From an uncultured Roseivirgaceae bacterium (GTDB lineage: Bacteria; Bacteroidota; Bacteroidia; Cytophagales; Cyclobacteriaceae), in assembly GCA_964653795.1 (NCBI GenBank), contig CAZZHO010000001.1, positions 22,426-86,425 of the forward strand: a DNA stretch of 64,000 bases, read 5' to 3'. Below are positions 9,086 through 17,823 of the stretch, piece by piece. The first letter of the stretch is position 1. Each line of letters opens with the position of its first letter. The translations under genes and the position numbers were made by a program. The notes beneath the pieces were generated by a model that saw nothing but the letters and a program-made list of their open reading frames with translations, was not told the DNA's origin and made no database searches.

Positions 9086-9248
9086 TTTTCTTTCGTCGCT
9101 CATAAATGGCGACAAATATCAATGACACACCAATGGTCAAACCTCCTATGTTGTGAAAAACAGCTTCGGTTTTGATCATCGAGTGAATGGAGGCTAGCAT
9201 GGTTAGGCAGCCAATAACAATAAGAAAAATGTAAACTGATTTAGTCAA
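9075..9248 (-). CDS. Possible small membrane protein (57 aa, TTG start), below the ORF-track cutoff
   Basis: My own translation gives (M)TKSVYIFLIVIGCLTMLASIHSMIKTEAVFHNIGGLTIGVSLIFVAIYERRKKNDQ, with two hydrophobic helices. Its stop overlaps the MTNR start of the downstream gene. Confidence 0.25.
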   Translation of the reverse strand: MTKSVYIFLIVIGCLTMLASIHSMIKTEAVFHNIGGLTIGVSLIFVAIYERRKKNDQ

Positions 9249-9267
9249 GACTTTCTGTGGATGAATG

Positions 9268-10026
9268 CTATTGGTGAAGATACCAATCTTGCATTTCTTC
9301 TCTAAGTGCCTTTTCAGATAGTTCCGATGTTATGACTTCATCGTAGGACATGTTTTTTATGTTCAATGCATATTGCATAAGCAGCCAATGATCATAATAT
9401 ACCCTTGGTGCAATCGTGGAATCCTCGAAAAGAATACCCCAAGCTTCAGGCTTTTCTTGCCTTGCCAGTGCTACTCTCTCGATATTCTCGGTCAATGAGG
9501 ATTGATGTTGGCCTTTCCGTGAAGCATATTCGGCATATCCTTCCCACTTCCACTCAGGGTGTCCTGCAAGAGGATTGGAATTGAGCCAGCCGAAATGATT
9601 ATGCTGCATGCAGTGTGTGATTTCATGAACAAACAATTGTTCCAGGTTCCAATCATATCCATTCAGATGAACCCTGTTCTTTTTGAAGTCAGCTTTGCCG
9701 TAAAGCACTGCTTTATTGGAGAATCCCCATCCAAAGGCGATACCTCGGAGTTTTCTCATCATTTCAGGATATAGGGAGCCATCGTTCAGACAAATCTCAA
9801 TCTCAAAATTCGGATCATAGATTGCACTTGCTTTGACCATTTTGTCGATTGCCGATAGTCGCTCTCCAAAAGCACTATCAAGGTCTTGATGATGCCGTAT
9901 TGTGTAATTACCTATTGTTGTCTTATTGGCATAGAGAACTCCAGGATTGAATACAGCTGCAACTATAGTGAAGGTAAGGCCAGTGGCTGCCAATCGTAGC
10001 GCCCAGGTTTTGATTTTACTTTTCAT
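9268..10026 (-). CDS. Putative MA-clan-like zinc metallopeptidase (HExxH), membrane-anchored or secreted
   Basis: N-terminal hydrophobic anchor. HEITH motif in FVHEITHCMQH, with a downstream EGYAEYAS that could supply a third-ligand Glu. Confidence 0.55.
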   Translation of the reverse strand: MKSKIKTWALRLAATGLTFTIVAAVFNPGVLYANKTTIGNYTIRHHQDLDSAFGERLSAIDKMVKASAIYDPNFEIEICLNDGSLYPEMMRKLRGIAFGWGFSNKAVLYGKADFKKNRVHLNGYDWNLEQLFVHEITHCMQHNHFGWLNSNPLAGHPEWKWEGYAEYASRKGQHQSSLTENIERVALARQEKPEAWGILFEDSTIAPRVYYDHWLLMQYALNIKNMSYDEVITSELSEKALREEMQDWYLHQ

Positions 10027-10070
10027 TGGATTGAGTTTACACGATTAGTGCAGGATTCTCCTTTTTTATT

Positions 10071-10586
10071 TCATTTTTGGACGAATAAAAGCACGACCTC
10101 TCCTTCTTCAGAAAGCCTGATATCTCTAACATGCTGCATTCCTAGCTTCTGCAATAGGGTTTTGGAAGCCTTATTATCTCTGGTGGTAATTGCTTTCAAT
10201 TCTTTGATTTCAAATTCTTCAATCGCAGCGCGCTTCAATTCTCTAGCTGCTTCTAAGGCATAACCCGTACCTTCAAAAGCCGGAAGTAATGCAAAGCCAA
10301 TGTCAATTCCTTCCAGTCCTTCACGGTCGTACAATCCACAAACGCCCACTTTTAAATTGTCACTCTTTCTACGGATGGTGTAGTTGCCATACCCTAGTCG
10401 ATCAAATTGCGGGATCATATTCTCCCTGATGTATTGCCCAGCCGCGGTTGGAGATTTGATGTTTCTATCTCCGATATTTTGAAGCCATTTAGGAGAGTTG
10501 AAGAGTTGGAAAATGAATTCAGCATCTCCCTCCGAAGTAGGTGTCAATTGGAGTCTAGATGTTTCGAATGATTTCAACTGTAGCAT
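10071..10586 (-). CDS. GNAT-family N-acetyltransferase (RimJ/RimL-like)
   Basis: 171 aa with a typical acetyl-CoA-binding core, ...GFALLPAFEGTGYALEAARELKRAAIEE... Confidence 0.75.
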   Translation of the reverse strand: MLQLKSFETSRLQLTPTSEGDAEFIFQLFNSPKWLQNIGDRNIKSPTAAGQYIRENMIPQFDRLGYGNYTIRRKSDNLKVGVCGLYDREGLEGIDIGFALLPAFEGTGYALEAARELKRAAIEEFEIKELKAITTRDNKASKTLLQKLGMQHVRDIRLSEEGEVVLLFVQK

Positions 10587-10608
10587 CCTGACTCCAAAGA
10601 TGACTTAA

Positions 10609-10977
10609 TCAGTAAAAGAATTGCTCTTTTATGATTTTTCCGTTTTTGACTTGATAGACGATTATTTCCTCCAACTTGATCTCCTGTCCGTTCTGTAGAA
10701 GGAAATGAGCCTTCATACTGATGCTAAAATGATTCCCAATCACAATGGGGTTCGACACTTGCAGTTCCCTCCAGGTATCAATTCCAGCAACCAACTGCCT
10801 TTCTTTTTCGAGGAGCAATGCCAGGCCCTCCGTTTTTGGTTTTGGATGAGATGGAGGTTCCAGGCTTATGATTCCAGCATCAAATAACGTTTCTTGAGCT
10901 TCTACAAATTGCTTTTGCCGAAGTAATGAGACCAATGTTTGGCTAATATTAAGAGTATCCATGCTTTTTGATGGCAA
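10609..10977 (-). CDS. SnoaL/NTF2-like small protein
   Basis: ~120 aa ending ...IIVYQVKNGKIIKEQFFY, which is typical of NTF2-fold proteins. The assignment is tentative. Confidence 0.45.
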   Translation of the reverse strand: MPSKSMDTLNISQTLVSLLRQKQFVEAQETLFDAGIISLEPPSHPKPKTEGLALLLEKERQLVAGIDTWRELQVSNPIVIGNHFSISMKAHFLLQNGQEIKLEEIIVYQVKNGKIIKEQFFY

Positions 10978-11013
10978 GGAAGAATTTCCACAAATGGAAA
11001 AACTTGCTGAATA

Positions 11014-11589
11014 TCAAGAAAAACCTTTAGTCTTTTGCTTAAGACGGCTGAGGGTCTCCTGGGAGATCCCTAGCATAGAGGCAATGTATTTTGATGGAAC
11101 ATCCAGAAATAAGCTTGGATTTCTTTCGAACAAGAGCCTGAATCTTTCTTCAGCTTTCAGATTCATCAATTCGTAATTCCTGAACTCCAAAGCCTCGATG
11201 GCCTTAGATAACAACATATTTTCAAAGTCCAGCCAGCACCTATGACGTTCACACAAACGAAAATGGCTGTCTCTTTTGATGAGATGAATGGTGGCATCTG
11301 TAAGTGCTTCTATCTGCCACCTGCTAGGTTGCTGATGAACAAAGCTTGAGATGGCTGTGACGAATTTTCCTTTACCGGCGATTAGTAAGGTATTATCTTT
11401 TCCATTTTCTACTCGAAACATTCTCAGATAGCCCGATTCAATCAAAATCAGCTGCTTGGCTATCTCTCCAACTCTGGTAATGATGGATTTTCTTTTGAGA
11501 TCAGTACGATGAAAGCATGAGGAAATTTCTGCCAATTCGTGTTCTTCTGCCTTGACGTAATATGATATGGTTTCAGAAATAAAGCTCAT
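11014..11589 (-). CDS. Crp/Fnr-family transcriptional regulator (cNMP-binding domain plus HTH)
   Basis: 191 aa with a C-terminal HTH (YIASMLGISQETLSRLK). It overlaps the upstream kinase gene by 4 nt. Confidence 0.8.
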   Translation of the reverse strand: MSFISETISYYVKAEEHELAEISSCFHRTDLKRKSIITRVGEIAKQLILIESGYLRMFRVENGKDNTLLIAGKGKFVTAISSFVHQQPSRWQIEALTDATIHLIKRDSHFRLCERHRCWLDFENMLLSKAIEALEFRNYELMNLKAEERFRLLFERNPSLFLDVPSKYIASMLGISQETLSRLKQKTKGFS

Positions 11590-12911
11590 AGAGCGCCTTC
11601 CTCTGATTTTGGTAACACGATCCTAAAACAGCTTAGGTCCTCTGGCGTCCTTAAATATCTCAACTGACCCCCATGGGCTTTTATGATCTTACGAGACAAT
11701 GCAAGCCCAACACCAGATCCCGTTTCTTTGGTAGTGAAAAACGGTATAAAAATCTTATGAAGATTATCTGGTTTTACTCCGGGTCCATTATCCATGATGT
11801 CAATCACCACATCATGTTCATTTTCATAAACATCAATGGAAACGGACCCATCAGCCATGTTCGCTGTTGCTTCTTGTGCATTCAAAATCAAGTTGACTAA
11901 GACCTGCATTATTAACGCCTTATCGATCATTAAATGGTCTTTAAAGCGATCTTCAATATTGATGTCACTAGCAGATTGAAGCTCCTTCAAAGAAATGATT
12001 TGATCCAATAATTCCTTTGATGTCTCTGAAGAAATTCTGGGAGCGATAGGACGGTTGATTTTCCTGTAGGATTGCACAAATTCAAGCATTCCACCTGTTC
12101 TTTCTTCAATGGCCTTTAAGCTTTTTGCTACATTTTGCTGATCTCTCTTTTCTAGTGATTTGAGCTCGTTATTATCGATGAGCTTCTTATTCACTACTTG
12201 AACTAGCGAGAGGATGGGGGTGGAAGAGTTCATGATCTCGTGAGTGAGCACACTCAGTAACTTTTGATAATTCTCTAGCTCGTACCCTTCTAATGTGTTG
12301 GCCACATCGGTCAAGGATACTAGTAAGTATTCGCGTTCTTCCTCTATGAACCTTTCCTTCTTTACCAGTAATTTTTTATTTCCAGATTCGATGATCTCTT
12401 CGGAGCTAGTACTAGCTATCGATTGAGAAATCAGTGGCCATGTAGCCTTGATTTTAGCGAGATTCGGGCCTTTTTGAGTACCAAGAATTTTTAAGAATGG
12501 ACCATTGGCAAATACATTCTCTCCTTCATAATCAAAACAAGCTAACCCCAGAGGGATGTGTCCAATAAGCGTTTGAAGGAAAATTTGCTCCGATTGCTGC
12601 TCTTTTTTTATGGTTTCAAAAGCCTGGGTAATCTGATGATAAGCTTCTTTTAGTTCTTTGGAAGCGCTTGAGTTTTGATAGCTGCGGGCAAAGTCATGAA
12701 GCTTAACCGATTCAAGAAACCTGCTCCATTCTCTTTCTTGTTTCCTCAAAAACCAGTAGAGCTCGGCGATGGTAACGATCAGGAATAGACTGAATATGAA
12801 AGGCGTGACGATGAACTCCGTCCGCAGATAGCTGTAGCTAATTCCTAGTCCGAAAAACGCTAACAGTAGCACTCTTGCTATTACCTGAATGAAGCCTTTA
12901 CTAGAGACCAT
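11586..12911 (-). CDS. Sensor histidine kinase (NtrB/AtoS-like) with two closely spaced TM helices and no periplasmic domain
   Basis: H-box LTHEIMNSSTPIL, N-box LINLILNAQEA, G-boxes DNGPGV and GSGVGLALSRKII. The N-terminal helices are joined by about 4 residues (YL-RTEF-IV). Confidence 0.9.
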   Translation of the reverse strand: MVSSKGFIQVIARVLLLAFFGLGISYSYLRTEFIVTPFIFSLFLIVTIAELYWFLRKQEREWSRFLESVKLHDFARSYQNSSASKELKEAYHQITQAFETIKKEQQSEQIFLQTLIGHIPLGLACFDYEGENVFANGPFLKILGTQKGPNLAKIKATWPLISQSIASTSSEEIIESGNKKLLVKKERFIEEEREYLLVSLTDVANTLEGYELENYQKLLSVLTHEIMNSSTPILSLVQVVNKKLIDNNELKSLEKRDQQNVAKSLKAIEERTGGMLEFVQSYRKINRPIAPRISSETSKELLDQIISLKELQSASDINIEDRFKDHLMIDKALIMQVLVNLILNAQEATANMADGSVSIDVYENEHDVVIDIMDNGPGVKPDNLHKIFIPFFTTKETGSGVGLALSRKIIKAHGGQLRYLRTPEDLSCFRIVLPKSEEGAL

Positions 12912-14277
12912 ATTTCTTTAGTTTTCGGTAAAGCGTATTGCGACCGATGCCCAATTCTTGGGCAGCTCGCGAAATGTTGCCACTGTGTCTTGCCAGGATC
13001 TCTTGGATCTTTTGCTTTTCAACGGAATAAAGGTTGTCATCGGAAACGGACTCATTTGGGATGATTCCGCCTTCGGATTTACCCATGATCACCATTTTCT
13101 CGATTGTGTTTTTTAGTTCCCTTACATTCCCGGGCCAATGGTGCTTTTTGAAACCCTTAATATCTTCTTTGTCCAACTTCACTTTTTTATGATAGCGTCT
13201 GTTGAACTCCTCTAGAAATAGTAGCGCTAAGGGCTTAATGTCTTCTGGTCGGTATCGTAGAGGAGGAATTTCGATGGTGATGGTATTCACTCTGTACAAT
13301 AAATCCTGTCTGAATTTGGTCTCGTCTGCAAGCTCCTTTTCAGAAAAATGAGTGGTAGTAATTAATCTGATATCAACCGGTCTAGCACGATGCTCTCCGA
13401 TACGGGTGATCATTCGATTTTGAAGAGCACTGAGTAGTTTGCTCTGAAGGGGCAGAGGGAGCTCCCCTATTTCATCAAGAAGAAGAGAGCCGAAATTGGC
13501 CATTTCCATCATGCCTATCCTGTCTTGTTGGGCGTCGGTAAATGAACCCTTTTTGTGGCCAAATAGCGTGGATTCAAAAAGGCTTGGTGTAATGGCTCCC
13601 AGATCAGCATGGATTAGAGGCTGGGTAAATCTTGACGAACTCTGATGGATCAGTCTGGCCATTACTTCTTTACCCGAGCCATGTTCTCCGGTGATAAGAA
13701 TAGAAGCATCAGTTCCAGCGGCTTTTTCTATTGTTTTTTGTAGTGTGGCCATGCTTTGTGACCTGCCGAAGACTACTGGACCTAGTTTGTTGAGCTCACC
13801 TGATAATAAGGTGTTTTGAGTATTCGCATCATTCAAGGCAGATGTAGTTGATGACATTTTCAATGCACTTTTTACAGTTGCCACCATTTTCTCGTTAGAG
13901 AATGGCTTTTCCAGAAAGTCATCAGCTCCTTGTTTCAGCGAGGCAACCGCTATGTTTAGAAACCCGTGGGCTGTGAGTATAATGATAAAAAGGTGAGGGT
14001 ATTTCTCCTTGAGTTTTTTTATCCAGATCAGACCTTCTTTACCATCCTCATCACCTTTAGAAAAGTTGAGATCAAGAATCAAAACCTTGATGTCATGATG
14101 ATCAATTAAGTCCTCAATTCTGTTGGGGTCGGTTGTGGTTCCTACTTCACCAAAATCATCCTCGAGGACCATTTGGATGGTATGGAGTAATATCGGGTCA
14201 TCATCAGCTGCTAAAATTTCCACATAGGAAATATACTTATTTTGCTGTTCCACCTCGGAACAGTTGATTGTTCTCAT
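12901..14277 (-). CDS. Sigma-54-dependent response regulator (REC + AAA+ + Fis-type HTH, NtrC family)
   Basis: Walker A GEHGSGKE, sigma-54 contact loop GSFTDA, C-terminal HTH AAQELGIGRNTLYRKLKKYG. The true start may be GTG 14223 (see findings). Confidence 0.9.
   Translation of the reverse strand: MRTINCSEVEQQNKYISYVEILAADDDPILLHTIQMVLEDDFGEVGTTTDPNRIEDLIDHHDIKVLILDLNFSKGDEDGKEGLIWIKKLKEKYPHLFIIILTAHGFLNIAVASLKQGADDFLEKPFSNEKMVATVKSALKMSSTTSALNDANTQNTLLSGELNKLGPVVFGRSQSMATLQKTIEKAAGTDASILITGEHGSGKEVMARLIHQSSSRFTQPLIHADLGAITPSLFESTLFGHKKGSFTDAQQDRIGMMEMANFGSLLLDEIGELPLPLQSKLLSALQNRMITRIGEHRARPVDIRLITTTHFSEKELADETKFRQDLLYRVNTITIEIPPLRYRPEDIKPLALLFLEEFNRRYHKKVKLDKEDIKGFKKHHWPGNVRELKNTIEKMVIMGKSEGGIIPNESVSDDNLYSVEKQKIQEILARHSGNISRAAQELGIGRNTLYRKLKKYGL
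14245..14263. promoter_or_regulatory. Perfect dyad CTGTTCC-N5-GGAACAG, a candidate enhancer-binding-protein site
   Basis: 7-bp arms with a 5-nt spacer. It has the same TGTTyC-N5-GrAACA architecture as the dyads at 29079-29124 and lies 22 nt upstream of the alternative GTG start of the regulator. Confidence 0.4.
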
Positions 14278-14387
14278 TTGGTCAGAAATGACGTGTTTCA
14301 GTTTAATTTTTTGATTAAGTAGCTGATAGTCAGATATATGTAGTTTATGGAGCAGAAATGGACATATAGAGTGAAAATTGGAATGAC

Positions 14388-16811
14388 ATGTTGAAGACTT
14401 ACTTTATATCGATACTTCGGAATCTCTGGAAAAACAGAGTGACCTCAGCCATTAACGTTTTGGCTTTGACGCTTGGTCTCAGTAGCGTAATGTTTCTGTT
14501 TATCTCAGAGACTTACGAGCGCAGCTTTGATACTCACCACGCCAAGGCAGATCAGATTTATCGAGTAAATACGACGATGAAGTATCCGAACCAGCTTTTC
14601 AAAGATGGCAACACACCATCTATGCTCGTCAAGGCCATGAGAAATGAGTTTGAGGAGTTGGAGGCTACGTTTCAGACCGTAGGCCCTAACGATGCTTTGG
14701 TTACAATTGATCCGGGCTCACAAAAAGCCAGGACTTTCGAAGAGGATTTCAACATGTTCTACGCTGACAGTGTGTTCCTCAAATACATGGATTACGACTT
14801 TTTAGCAGGGAATCCTCGAAATGCGCTAGATACCAGGAATGCTATTGTACTCTCTACCAAGATGGTGGAGAAGTATTATCCTGATTTTGTAGGGCGTGAA
14901 ATTGAGTTGTTAGGTACGGAAATTGGGCTATTCGATTCGTTGAGGGTCTATGTAACTGGGGTTATTGACAATCCGCCTAGCAATAGCAACTTCCCTTTCC
15001 AGCTATTGGTCTCTAATGAGATCTACTATACCCTTAACGAGTGGGATCGAGACTATTGGGGGAATATATCAGCAGGTATGACTTTCGCTGTACTGCCAGC
15101 GGGGATGGATCCAAATCGTATAGAGGCACAGTTTCCCGATTTTGTACAGAAATATCGAAAAGGGGAAATGGCCAAAATTGTGAGTTATAGTCTCCTTAAC
15201 CTGAAGGAGCTTCATAACAATACCAATTGGGGGTTTTTCAATGGTAACTACACCAATTCTCCCGCTATGACCATTGGGTTTTTGGCGGTAGGTCTATTCA
15301 TTTTGATCTCAGCATGCATCAATTTCATAAATCTTCAGACCGCTCAGGCGGTAAACAGATCCAAAGAGGTAGGTATACGGAAAGTGATGGGAGGTAAGCG
15401 ATTCCAGCTTGTGTTTCAGTTTCTGGTAGAGACTTTCATTCTCACATTTGTCGCTTTCATTTTCGCGCTTTGGATTACTGAGTTGGCATTAGATGGCTGG
15501 AATGGTCTGTTGACTGTGGTAAGAATGGATTTACAGTTGACATGGTCCTCAGTGATCTTCGGATTGTTTGTGGTATTGCTGGTCACCATTCTCGCAGGTA
15601 TCTATCCTGCTCTAAAGCTTTCCTCTTTCAATCCATCAGAATCATTGAGAAGCGGTTTCTCACTGCTTAATGAGAAAAAAGGTAGTCTTAGTCTGAGACA
15701 AATATTAGTAGTTACTCAATTTGTCATTACCCAAATCCTGATTATAGGTACTATTGTCATATCCCAACAGATGAGTTATTTCATTAACAAAGACATGGGA
15801 TTCGATAAGGATGGAGTGATCACCGTCACTACTTACAAACCAAATAGGCAGAAAGTCGATCGATTAGTACAAGGTATCATGGCAATGCCAGAGATACAGT
15901 CTTTCTCCATGACATCCGGCCCTCCCATGGATGGTCGATATTCCACAAGTTTTAGGGAAGTAGGACATGAGGACAAAGGAGATATTCAAACAAGAAATAA
16001 GTTCGTAGACCATCGCTATCTAGATAACTATAAGATCAAGCTGGTAGCGGGAAGAAATTTCCGGTCGGATGAATATAATGACACAATCGATGCCTTTATT
16101 GTGAACGAAGCCTTGGTCAAACTACTAGAGGTAAGTAGTCCTGAGGAAGCAATTGGCAAGCAGATAAGGTGTTACGGTACCAGAGCTAATATTGTGGGAG
16201 TGATGCAAGACTATCATAGTGATAAGCTTGACAAGCCGATAGAGCCGATGGTATTGTTTCCTTGGCACAATCAGGTAAATGGTGCGGATCTGAGACTTTA
16301 CCCAAATCAACTGGGGTCAGTACTTCCAAAGCTGAGATCTCTTTGGGCCGAAGTATTTCCGACACGTATTTTCGAATTCCAAACCATCGATGAATTTATG
16401 CTCAAGGCTTATCTGGTTGAGGAGGTAATGTTGAAGAGCATCAGGGTCTTCTCCATCATCGCCATATTGATTGGATGTCTGGGACTCTATGGGCTAGTTT
16501 CATTTATGGCCAACAGGAGGATCAAAGAAATCGGCGTTAGAAAGGTATTAGGAGCTTCTTTTGGTCAAATACTTTACAGTTTCTCTAAGAAGTTTTACAT
16601 ACTGACATTCATTGCTTTTGTGATAAGTGCGCCTGTTGCCTATAAAGCGATGGAGGTATGGTTAAGCAACTATGTGTATAGGATTCCTCTGGATTGGAAA
16701 GTATTCTCATTGGCACTCTTAATGACCTTGGTGCTAACAAGTATTACGGTCATCTACAAAGCGATTAAAACAGCCTTGATGAACCCCGCGGATACGCTGC
16801 AGTTCGAGTAG
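14388..16811 (+). CDS. MacB/FtsX-family ABC-type permease (fused double module, ~800 aa)
   Basis: N-terminal MLKTYFISILRNLWKNR...TM signature, two large extracytoplasmic domains and two FtsX 3-TM modules (...EVGIRKVMGG... and ...EIGVRKVLGAS...). Confidence 0.9.
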   Translation: MLKTYFISILRNLWKNRVTSAINVLALTLGLSSVMFLFISETYERSFDTHHAKADQIYRVNTTMKYPNQLFKDGNTPSMLVKAMRNEFEELEATFQTVGPNDALVTIDPGSQKARTFEEDFNMFYADSVFLKYMDYDFLAGNPRNALDTRNAIVLSTKMVEKYYPDFVGREIELLGTEIGLFDSLRVYVTGVIDNPPSNSNFPFQLLVSNEIYYTLNEWDRDYWGNISAGMTFAVLPAGMDPNRIEAQFPDFVQKYRKGEMAKIVSYSLLNLKELHNNTNWGFFNGNYTNSPAMTIGFLAVGLFILISACINFINLQTAQAVNRSKEVGIRKVMGGKRFQLVFQFLVETFILTFVAFIFALWITELALDGWNGLLTVVRMDLQLTWSSVIFGLFVVLLVTILAGIYPALKLSSFNPSESLRSGFSLLNEKKGSLSLRQILVVTQFVITQILIIGTIVISQQMSYFINKDMGFDKDGVITVTTYKPNRQKVDRLVQGIMAMPEIQSFSMTSGPPMDGRYSTSFREVGHEDKGDIQTRNKFVDHRYLDNYKIKLVAGRNFRSDEYNDTIDAFIVNEALVKLLEVSSPEEAIGKQIRCYGTRANIVGVMQDYHSDKLDKPIEPMVLFPWHNQVNGADLRLYPNQLGSVLPKLRSLWAEVFPTRIFEFQTIDEFMLKAYLVEEVMLKSIRVFSIIAILIGCLGLYGLVSFMANRRIKEIGVRKVLGASFGQILYSFSKKFYILTFIAFVISAPVAYKAMEVWLSNYVYRIPLDWKVFSLALLMTLVLTSITVIYKAIKTALMNPADTLQFE

Positions 16812-16836
16812 GTTGTGGGTTGAGTAAAGGGGTTGG

Positions 16837-16995
16837 TCAGTGGGTGGCTAATCCCTCGATTCTTATATCCTCTCGATAGTAGGAGATGGAGGTCGCAAGC
16901 ATTTGAACTAGCTTATGGATGAGTACTAAACTAATCGCAATCAGATAGCAAGCAGGACGAAGAGCGAAAAGTAGTATTAAAAAAAGTAGAGCCAT
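16837..16995 (-). CDS. Possible small hydrophobic protein (52 aa), below the ORF-track cutoff
   Basis: My own translation gives MALLFLILLFALRPACYLIAISLVLIHKLVQMLATSISYYREDIRIEGLATH. It sits in an otherwise empty 269-bp gap. Confidence 0.2.
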   Translation of the reverse strand: MALLFLILLFALRPACYLIAISLVLIHKLVQMLATSISYYREDIRIEGLATH

Positions 16996-17080
16996 GATTA
17001 TGATGTTTGACTCTAGTTCGCAACTACTTCAAAAAGGGTTGCGTCCCTTTTAGCTTATCAAAATTCTATTGGAATGCTGA

Positions 17081-17761
17081 CTAACTATTGCCGGAATGGA
17101 AGCCATGTTTGAACCAGCGGCTCTTTTTTGGAGAAGACCTGGAAAGTACACGATACTTATTGAGCACTTTGAGTGTGGCATTCTCTAAAAACTTATCAGA
17201 AAGGAAGCTGTCACCGAAAACACCGGAGGCGTAGCCTTGCCAAACATTTTTGCTGGCTTTTCTATCGTAAAAACTTATTAATACGGTGCCCTCGCGAAGC
17301 TTATATGACTTTAGGTCGTAGTTCTCTTTTCTATGAACCGATGCGCCAATTAGAGGCTTTGATTCCGGTGAGGTCTCTATTAGGGATGCAGCCAATAGCT
17401 TAGAGGAAAATTTGTGAGTGATCCAGTTTTCAAAAATAGGTTGCTCATAGCCCTTCATTTCAAAATCATCATAGTAAAAACGATAGAGAACAATGAGGTC
17501 AGGTTTTTTCTCCTTTTTCTCATAACCCCATTTTTTAAGCTTATTATCTATGAAGTTTTCGATCAGGTGTCTTTGATTCTCCGTACCTTCAAAGGAGTTA
17601 TCCACCACAAACTGATAGGAGTTGTAACTGCCAAACCTGCCGGAAAAACTGTAGTCTGATTCAACTATTCGATCGTAGTGGTTTCCGCAGCCAATGAGAC
17701 TGAATGCCGCAAAAAGAACAGAAGCAACTTTAAAAAGTGCGGTAGTTTTTTGACCCATCAT
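17081..17761 (-). CDS. DUF4136-family lipoprotein
   Basis: Lipobox SLIGCGN and a family-typical EGTVLISFYDRKASKNVWQGYASG block. It is a paralog of 42809-43465. Confidence 0.75.
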   Translation of the reverse strand: MMGQKTTALFKVASVLFAAFSLIGCGNHYDRIVESDYSFSGRFGSYNSYQFVVDNSFEGTENQRHLIENFIDNKLKKWGYEKKEKKPDLIVLYRFYYDDFEMKGYEQPIFENWITHKFSSKLLAASLIETSPESKPLIGASVHRKENYDLKSYKLREGTVLISFYDRKASKNVWQGYASGVFGDSFLSDKFLENATLKVLNKYRVLSRSSPKKSRWFKHGFHSGNS

Positions 17762-17823
17762 TCTAAGATAATCTAACCTCAGAACATCGCAAAAGAGAAG
17801 CCGTCTGTAGAGTAGTTGGAGGA

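Noticed and set aside
14281-14301. CAGAAA-TGACGTG-TTTCAG imperfect palindrome containing a GTGTTTC half-site.
   Set aside because: The arms match only 5/6 and the half-site orientation is opposite to the TGTTyC-N5-GrAACA dyads. It may be a degenerate site but I cannot support it.
14348-14364. TGGAGCAGAAATGGACA upstream of the cassette-1 permease, considered as a second -24/-12 promoter.
   Set aside because: It shares only TGG..C.....TG.A with the cassette-2 element. The -12 GC is GG (or GA at canonical spacing) and the TGGCAC block is degenerate, so the evidence is too weak to call. I mention it only because its position (~25 nt before the start, ~100 bp from the dyad) parallels cassette 2.
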